Position numbers and translations under genes: made by a program. This document shows, piece by piece, positions 58,051 through 64,000 of a DNA stretch of 64,000 nt (within the stretch, counting starts at the first letter, position 1; every line of letters begins with the position of its first letter). Below the pieces are notes generated by a model, which saw only the letters and a program-made list of their open reading frames with translations, was not told where the DNA came from and did not search any database. Source of the stretch: Lachnospiraceae bacterium (GTDB taxonomy: Bacteria > Bacillota > Clostridia > Lachnospirales > Lachnospiraceae); NCBI GenBank assembly GCA_024682835.1, contig JAIKYU010000096.1:3101-67100 (forward strand), read 5' to 3'.

Positions 58051-59091
58051 ATGAAGATTGAACGACTGAATGATCGCCAGATCCGGTGCACGCTCACGCG
58101 CGAGGATCTTGATAAACGGGGGCTTCGTCTGAGCGAGTTTGCCTACGGCACCAAAAAGGCGCGCGCCCTGTTTCAGGATATGATGGAGCAGGCACGCTAT
58201 GAGGTCGGTTTTGATGCGGAAAACTATCCGCTGATGATCGAGGCCGTCCCCATGGGTGCGGAATGTCTGGTGCTTGTAGTGACCGCCGTCGAGGATCCTG
58301 AGGAGCTGGATACCCGTTTTTCCGCGTTCGGTCCCATCATGGACGAGGAGGATGAGGACGACGGAGACGACTATGAAGGCGAGGACAACGAGGAGGACAA
58401 CACCTTCTACCGCATGCTTCGCGGCATGCAGGAGGGCGATTTCTCCGGTATCTCCGAGCAGTTTGCGGCCCGCCTCAATCCCAGCAGTGTGCGGCAGGCC
58501 ACCGGCAAACAGCCCCCCGCAAAAAACAAACCGGGCAGAAAGACGCCGGGTGTCCGGATTTTCTGTTTTTCCTCGATCCACGAGGTTCGCCGCGCCGCTT
58601 CCATGACCATGGGACAGACGAACGGTATTCTCAACACCCTTTACCGGGATCCGTCAAACCGTCGTTTCTTCCTGTGCCTTGAACAGCCGGTCCGCCAGGA
58701 CAATACGGATGAGGCCCCGCAGGCGTCCCGCGAGGATGCTTCGGAAAAGGACGCCCAGGTGACCCGGACTGCACAGGTCGGAAACAATGTGCGGATTGTC
58801 GTGACCGTCACGACGAAGGATGCCGCAGATGCCCCGGATCCCCAGGCGGATTCCGCGGCAAAAGCGGATGCTGCTACTGTCCCCGACCCGGTTTCCGATT
58901 CCGCGCCGGAACAGAAAAACAAGCCGAACCATGCGCACCGCACACCGGCAACTTCCTTCCCCGCCCTGTGTGCCATTCTCGCGGAATACGGCAGCGCAGC
59001 CGCAGCCGGCAGCATCTCGGAAGAATATCTCGAGGAACACTGCGAGGCGCTGATGCGTGGCGACGCGCTGCAAAAGCTCGCGGCACTCTGA
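58051..59091 (+). CDS. mecA: ClpC adaptor protein MecA
   Basis: MKIERLNDRQIRCTL, LMIEAVP, CAILAEYG. Confidence 0.92.
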   Translation: MKIERLNDRQIRCTLTREDLDKRGLRLSEFAYGTKKARALFQDMMEQARYEVGFDAENYPLMIEAVPMGAECLVLVVTAVEDPEELDTRFSAFGPIMDEEDEDDGDDYEGEDNEEDNTFYRMLRGMQEGDFSGISEQFAARLNPSSVRQATGKQPPAKNKPGRKTPGVRIFCFSSIHEVRRAASMTMGQTNGILNTLYRDPSNRRFFLCLEQPVRQDNTDEAPQASREDASEKDAQVTRTAQVGNNVRIVVTVTTKDAADAPDPQADSAAKADAATVPDPVSDSAPEQKNKPNHAHRTPATSFPALCAILAEYGSAAAAGSISEEYLEEHCEALMRGDALQKLAAL

Positions 59092-59143
59092 GAGGGATTC
59101 GCTGTTCGCTTCCCTTTCATCCGACTCTTGCTTTCACCAAAAC

Positions 59144-59176
59144 AAAACTGCCCCGGATTTCTCCGGGGCAGTTTTT
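59144..59176. terminator. Bidirectional terminator between mecA and PFOR
   Basis: AAAACTGCCCCGGA-TTTC-TCCGGGGCAGTTTT. Confidence 0.9.
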
Positions 59177-59194
59177 GATTCTGTGTGTCTGCGA

Positions 59195-62100
59195 TTACTT
59201 CTGACTGTAATCGTAGAGATCGACCAGGCGCTGCAGGTAGGCCAGACGATCCTTCGCGTTCTCCGCAGAGGCCGCATAGAGCTTCTCCGCATTTTCCGGA
59301 TTGGCCTTGCGCAGGGAGAGGTAACGCACCTCGCCGTCCAGGAAATCCTGATAATCGCCGGTCGGCGCCTTGGAATCCAGCGTGAACTTCTTCTCCGCAA
59401 GCGGATTATAACGGAACAGATGCCAGTAACCGGCTTCTACCGCACGCTTCTCCTCGGTCTGCACCTTGGACATGCCGCCCTTGATCTTGAGGCCGTGGTT
59501 GATGCAGGGCGCGTAAGCGATGATCAGCGACGGTCCCGGATAGGCCTCCGCCTCCGCAAACGCCTTGAGGGTCTGATTCATGTCGGCGCCCATGGAGATC
59601 TGCGCCACATAGACATACCCATAGCTCATGGCAATCGAAGCGAGATCCTTCTGCTTGACCTGCTTGCCGCCCGCGGCAAACTGTGCCACCGCACCGATAG
59701 GGGTCGCCTTGCTGGACTGACCGCCGGTGTTGGAGTATACCTCGGTGTTGACCACGAGGACATTGATATCCTTGCCGGAAGCAAGCACGTGATCCAGACC
59801 GCCGAAGCCGATATCGAATGCCCAGCCGTCGCCGCCCAGAACCCACTGGCTCTTCTTGGCCGCAAACTGCTCATTCTTCTTGATGAACTTCGCCGCCTCG
59901 GAACTGTCGTCCTTGATGGCCGCGATCAGTTCATCGGTAGCAGCTCCGTTGGTTGCGCCCACAGCGAAGGTATCCAGCCACTTCTGCGCTGCGCTCTTCT
60001 CCGCGTCGGATCCGTCGGCGATGATCTTTTCCACCTGCTCCTTGATCTCATCGCGGATCGCGTTCTGCGCCAGCACCATACCGAAGCCGAACTCGGCGTT
60101 GTCCTCGAACAGGGAGTTGTCCCATGCCGGTCCCTTGCCCTCTTCGTTGACGGTGTAAGGGGTGGACGGGGAACTGTTGCCCCAGATGGAGGTGCAGCCC
60201 GTCGCGTTGGCCACATACATGCGGTCGCCGAACAGCTGGGTCGCAAGCTTGACATACGGGGTCTCGCCGCAGCCGGCGCAGGCACCGGAGAACTCAAGCA
60301 GCGGCTTCTTAAACTGCACGCCCTTGATCGTGGTCTCCTTGAACTTCTCCACCACTTCCTTCTTGGTGGGAAGGGTGACGGCATAATTGAAGAAGGCCTG
60401 CTGATACTGGTTGGCTGCGAGAGCGCCCATCACCAGCGTGGAAGGCTTCTCCTCCTTCTTTTCCGCCATGACATTGGCCATACAGACATTTGCGCAGGAG
60501 CCGCAGCCCGTGCAGTCGAGCGCGGAAACGACAATCGCAAACTTGTAGCCCGGCATGCCGGTCATATCCTTGATCTGCATATCCGCGGGCGCCTTGGCGG
60601 CCTCCTCCTCGGTCATGGCCACCGGACGGATCGCGGCGTGCGGGCAGACCAGCGAGCAGACATTACACTGAATACACTTCTCGGGATCCCACTTCGGCAC
60701 ATTGACCGCGATGCCGCGCTTCTCGTAGGCAGCGGCGCCGGAAGGCGTGGAGCCGTCCACGTAGGGCAGGACATCGGAGACCTTGAGGGTGTTGCCCTCC
60801 TGCGCGCTGACCTTGATCTGGATGTTGTTGACAAAGTCGATGACATCCTTGCGGCCTTCCGTCGCCTTCTTGAAATCAAGTCCTTCATCCTTGGCGTCCT
60901 TCCAGGACTCCGGGATGTCGACCTTGATCAGGTTCTTCGGATCCGCGCCGGCGTCGATGGCGGCCCAGTTCTTTTCCACCACGTCCTGACCCTTGTTGCC
61001 GTAGGTCTTCTGTGCGGCATCCTTCATGAATTTGATGGCATCCGCCTCGGGAATGATCTTGGTGATGTTGAAGAAGGCGGACTGCAGGATCGTGTTGATC
61101 CTTGTCGGTCCCATGCCGACCTCCACACCGATCTTCGAACCGTTCATGATGTAGAAATTGATCTTGTGATCATACATGAACTTCTTGACCTGTCCGGGAA
61201 TCTCCGCATCCAGCTGATCAACCGTCCAGGGGCAGTTGAGCAGGAAGGAACCGCCGTCGACGAGCTCCTGAACCATATTGAACTTACGGATGTAGCTCGG
61301 ATTGTGGCAAGCCACGAAATCCGCCTTATGGATGAGGTAGGTGGACTTGATGGGCTTTTTGCCGAAGCGCAGATGGGACATGGTGACGCCGCCCGACTTC
61401 TTGGAATCATAGTCGAAATAGGCCTGCGCATACATATCCGTGTTGTCGCCGATGATCTTGATGGAGTTCTTGTTGGCGCCGACCGTGCCGTCCGCACCGA
61501 GACCCCAGAATTTGCAGTTGGTCGTGCCCTCGGGAGCCGTGCTGATCGGATCGCCCGCATCGAGGGAGAAATTGGTCACATCGTCTGTGATGCCGATGGT
61601 GAATTCCGGCTTGTCGGTGTTGTGGAAGACCGCGACGATCTGCTCCGGCGTGGCATCCTTGGAGCCCAGGCCGTAGCGCCCGCCGAATACCGGAACCGAC
61701 TCAAACTTCGTGCCCTTGATGGCAGCAATGACATCCAGTGCCAGCGGCTCGTAGAGAGAGCCGGGCTCCTTGGTGCGGTCGAGCACCTCGATGCGCTTCA
61801 CCGAATCCGGAAGAGCCGCTACCAGCGCGTCCTTCGCGAAGGGTCTGAACAGGCGGACCTTGACCACGCCGACCTTCTCTCCCTTTGCCATCAGATAATC
61901 GATTGTCTCCTCGATGGTGTCACAGACGGAACCCATGGCGATGATGACCACCTCGGCATCCTTCGCGCCGTAGTAGTTGAACAGCTTGTAGTCCGTGCCG
62001 ATCTTTGCGTTGATCTTGTCCATGTACTTCTGGACGATGGCAGGCATCTCCTCATAACCGGTATTGCAGGCCTCGCGGGTCTGGAAGAAGATATCCGGAT

Positions 62101-62767
62101 TCTGTGCGGAGCCCATCTGGCGGGGATGATTCGGATTGAGCGCATTGGCCTTGAACGCGTCGATCGCCTCGTGGTTGACCATTTCGTTCAGATCCTTGTA
62201 GTCGGCATCCCAGACCTCGATTTTCTGAATCTCATGGGATGTGCGGAAACCGTCAAAGAAATTGATGAAGGGAAGCTTGCCCTCAATGGCAGCCATGTAG
62301 GCGACGGGCGTGAGATCCATGACCTCCTGGACGCTGGATTCGCAGAGCATCGCCGCGCCGGTCTGACGGCAGGCATAGATATCGGAGTGATCACCGAAAA
62401 TGTTCAGCGCGTGCGTTGCGACGCAGCGGGCGGACACATTGAACACACCCGGGAGACGCTCACCGGCGACCTTGTAGATATCGGGAATCATCAGCAGCAG
62501 GCCCTGAGAAGCGGTATAGGTGCTGGTCAGCGCTCCTGCAACCAGTGAACCATGCACGGCACCGGCGGCACCGGCCTCAGACTGCATCTCGGTGATCTGC
62601 ACCGTGCGCCCGAAGAGATTCTTCTTTCCCCTGGTCGCCCACTCGTCGACATGCTCCGGCATGACGGACGAGGGCGTGATCGGATACATGGCAGCGACTT
62701 CCGTAAACGCATAGGATGCGTATGCGGCAGCTTCGTTGCCGTCCATGGTTTTCTTGTTTCTTGCCAT
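59195..62767 (-). CDS. nifJ: Pyruvate:ferredoxin (flavodoxin) oxidoreductase
   Basis: MDGNEAAA, YPITPSS, MQSEAGAAG, two 4Fe-4S motifs, GACAGCGETPY, GGDGWAFDIG; start moved to MARNKK. Confidence 0.98.
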   Translation of the reverse strand: MARNKKTMDGNEAAAYASYAFTEVAAMYPITPSSVMPEHVDEWATRGKKNLFGRTVQITEMQSEAGAAGAVHGSLVAGALTSTYTASQGLLLMIPDIYKVAGERLPGVFNVSARCVATHALNIFGDHSDIYACRQTGAAMLCESSVQEVMDLTPVAYMAAIEGKLPFINFFDGFRTSHEIQKIEVWDADYKDLNEMVNHEAIDAFKANALNPNHPRQMGSAQNPDIFFQTREACNTGYEEMPAIVQKYMDKINAKIGTDYKLFNYYGAKDAEVVIIAMGSVCDTIEETIDYLMAKGEKVGVVKVRLFRPFAKDALVAALPDSVKRIEVLDRTKEPGSLYEPLALDVIAAIKGTKFESVPVFGGRYGLGSKDATPEQIVAVFHNTDKPEFTIGITDDVTNFSLDAGDPISTAPEGTTNCKFWGLGADGTVGANKNSIKIIGDNTDMYAQAYFDYDSKKSGGVTMSHLRFGKKPIKSTYLIHKADFVACHNPSYIRKFNMVQELVDGGSFLLNCPWTVDQLDAEIPGQVKKFMYDHKINFYIMNGSKIGVEVGMGPTRINTILQSAFFNITKIIPEADAIKFMKDAAQKTYGNKGQDVVEKNWAAIDAGADPKNLIKVDIPESWKDAKDEGLDFKKATEGRKDVIDFVNNIQIKVSAQEGNTLKVSDVLPYVDGSTPSGAAAYEKRGIAVNVPKWDPEKCIQCNVCSLVCPHAAIRPVAMTEEEAAKAPADMQIKDMTGMPGYKFAIVVSALDCTGCGSCANVCMANVMAEKKEEKPSTLVMGALAANQYQQAFFNYAVTLPTKKEVVEKFKETTIKGVQFKKPLLEFSGACAGCGETPYVKLATQLFGDRMYVANATGCTSIWGNSSPSTPYTVNEEGKGPAWDNSLFEDNAEFGFGMVLAQNAIRDEIKEQVEKIIADGSDAEKSAAQKWLDTFAVGATNGAATDELIAAIKDDSSEAAKFIKKNEQFAAKKSQWVLGGDGWAFDIGFGGLDHVLASGKDINVLVVNTEVYSNTGGQSSKATPIGAVAQFAAGGKQVKQKDLASIAMSYGYVYVAQISMGADMNQTLKAFAEAEAYPGPSLIIAYAPCINHGLKIKGGMSKVQTEEKRAVEAGYWHLFRYNPLAEKKFTLDSKAPTGDYQDFLDGEVRYLSLRKANPENAEKLYAASAENAKDRLAYLQRLVDLYDYSQK

Positions 62768-62851
62768 ATTCGGTTTCCTCCTACTTTGTGATTTTTGACC
62801 TGACACCGCGCACCGGTCATCGGGCACAGCGCAGACGCATTGCCGAATAAC

Positions 62852-62880
62852 ATAATAGCATCCGACACCCAAACTGTCAA
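62852..62880 (-). promoter_or_regulatory. Sigma-A promoter of PFOR
   Basis: TTGACA-17-TATTAT with extended TGn. Confidence 0.75.
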
Positions 62881-62933
62881 CGCCGACAAATGCGTGCGGA
62901 GATGTTATCATCCGCTAATTTTTCCGGTATCTA

Positions 62934-62962
62934 TTGAATTTTCCAGATGAATCCGTTATGAT
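62934..62962 (+). promoter_or_regulatory. Sigma-A promoter of the ferredoxin gene
   Basis: TTGAAT-17-TATGAT. Confidence 0.7.
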
Positions 62963-63004
62963 TATCTCTGTTGGCAGTAACACTTCAGAGGAAGGAGATT
63001 AATC

Positions 63005-63175
63005 ATGGCCTATGTGATCAATGACACCTGCATCAGCTGTGGATCCTGCGCGGCACAGTGCCCGGTGAGCGCGATTTCCCAGGGAGATGCCCAGTACAAC
63101 ATCGACGCGGACACCTGCATCGACTGCGGTTCCTGCGCCGGCCAGTGCCCTGTGGGCGCGATCAGCCAGGGCTGA
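63005..63175 (+). CDS. Clostridial-type 2[4Fe-4S] ferredoxin, 56 aa
   Basis: Hand translation MAYVINDTCISCGSCAAQCPVSAISQGDAQYNIDADTCIDCGSCAGQCPVGAISQG; two CxxCxxCxxxCP motifs; GAAGGAG RBS; absent from the ORF track. Confidence 0.97.
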   Translation: MAYVINDTCISCGSCAAQCPVSAISQGDAQYNIDADTCIDCGSCAGQCPVGAISQG

Positions 63176-63220
63176 GCCTTTCCATAAGGCTCGCCGATCA
63201 GCGAATTTACGCACAGAGCC

Positions 63221-63252
63221 AAAGAACGTCCCTCTTCGGGACGTTCTTTTTT
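63221..63252. terminator. Terminator between the ferredoxin gene and dnaB
   Basis: AAAGAACGTCCC-TCTTC-GGGACGTTCTTT followed by TTT. Confidence 0.9.
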
Positions 63253-63324
63253 GATGACTGTGATGACTGTTTTTTGATAACCGCTATGTGATAAAAATGT
63301 CCTGCTGCCGGTCATCCGCCGCGC

Positions 63325-64000
63325 TCAGCGGTCCTTTGTCTCAAATTTGGTGTACTTCGGCAGCCACACCAGCTCGATCGTCGCCACGGGACCGTTTCTC
63401 TGCTTGGCGATGATGATATCCGCCAGTCCCTTCCGCTCCGTATCCTTCTTATAATAATCTTCTCTGTAGATAAACATGACCACGTCCGCGTCCTGCTCGA
63501 TGGCACCGGACTCACGCAGGTCGGACAGCATCGGCCGCTTGTCAGGCCGCTGCTCCACCGCACGGGAAAGCTGCGACAGGGCAATGACGGGAATGTTAAG
63601 CTCGCGGGCAAGGGCCTTCAGCGAGCGCGAAATCTCCGATATTTCCTGCTGTCTGGATTCCGACGAGCGCTTTCCGCTGCCTGTCATCAGCTGCAGGTAG
63701 TCGATAAAAACGGCGCTGATATTCTTTTCCGCTTTGTATCTGCGGCACCTTGAGCGCAGCTCCCCGACCGATATGCCAGCCGTATCGTCAATGATCAGCT
63801 CCGTCCGGCTGTAGAGGTCCGCACTCTCCACCAGACTGGACCAGTCGTTTTCTGAAAGCTGACCGGTGCGGATATTCTGGGAATCCACCCGGGAATGCAT
63901 GGCAAGAAGCCGCTTTACCAGCTGTTCTCTGGACATTTCCAGCGAAAACAGCGCCACCGACTGATGCCCGCGCAGGATCATATTCTGGGCGATGTTGAGC
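63325..64000 (-). CDS. dnaB: Replicative DNA helicase, 3' part
   Basis: FSLEMS, IDYLQL, LSQLSR, DLRESGAIEQDAD, KQRNGP; frame stays open to the window end. Confidence 0.96.
   Translation of the reverse strand, partial: LNIAQNMILRGHQSVALFSLEMSREQLVKRLLAMHSRVDSQNIRTGQLSENDWSSLVESADLYSRTELIIDDTAGISVGELRSRCRRYKAEKNISAVFIDYLQLMTGSGKRSSESRQQEISEISRSLKALARELNIPVIALSQLSRAVEQRPDKRPMLSDLRESGAIEQDADVVMFIYREDYYKKDTERKGLADIIIAKQRNGPVATIELVWLPKYTKFETKDR

Noticed and set aside
59057-62548. 1163-aa plus-strand ORF
   Set aside because: Exact antisense shadow of PFOR, expected from strong codon bias in a GC-rich highly expressed gene; crosses the terminator

Overview
GC-rich Firmicutes chromosome segment; gene content and order point to Clostridia, probably Lachnospiraceae (inference). 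From about 17.7 kb to 64 kb it is mostly housekeeping: U32 hydroxylase, short MltG-like gene, rnj, ruvX, ireB, mtaB, an HPr-like gene, thiI/iscS, the hrcA-grpE-dnaK-dnaJ-prmA-rsmE operon with a perfect CIRCE, uppP, mfd, pth, spoVG, glgCD, murC, dnaD/dnaC-like loaders, prs, rpiB, sua5, GH18, mecA, PFOR plus a ferredoxin the ORF track missed, and the 3' part of dnaB. The standout is 1-17.6 kb, a tightly packed minus-strand operon of at least 13 genes that runs off the left edge. It encodes a type IV secretion-like core (VirD4 coupling ATPase, PrgI/VirB3-VirB4 fusion, three VirB6/TrbL-like paralogs). It also carries parts that conjugative elements do not normally have: two paralogous Ig-like surface proteins ending in TM+[IV]RVR, an orphan amino-acid-binding SBP, a CPBP intramembrane protease, a STAS protein and small charged proteins sharing a motif. 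No relaxase, integrase, cell-wall hydrolase, tRNA target or att site is visible in the window, and the right end meets housekeeping genes directly. I propose a candidate domesticated, non-conjugative T4SS-like machine; this depends on what lies left of base 1. No rRNA, tRNA, CRISPR array or transposase was seen. Family assignments come from motif recognition by eye, not database searches.
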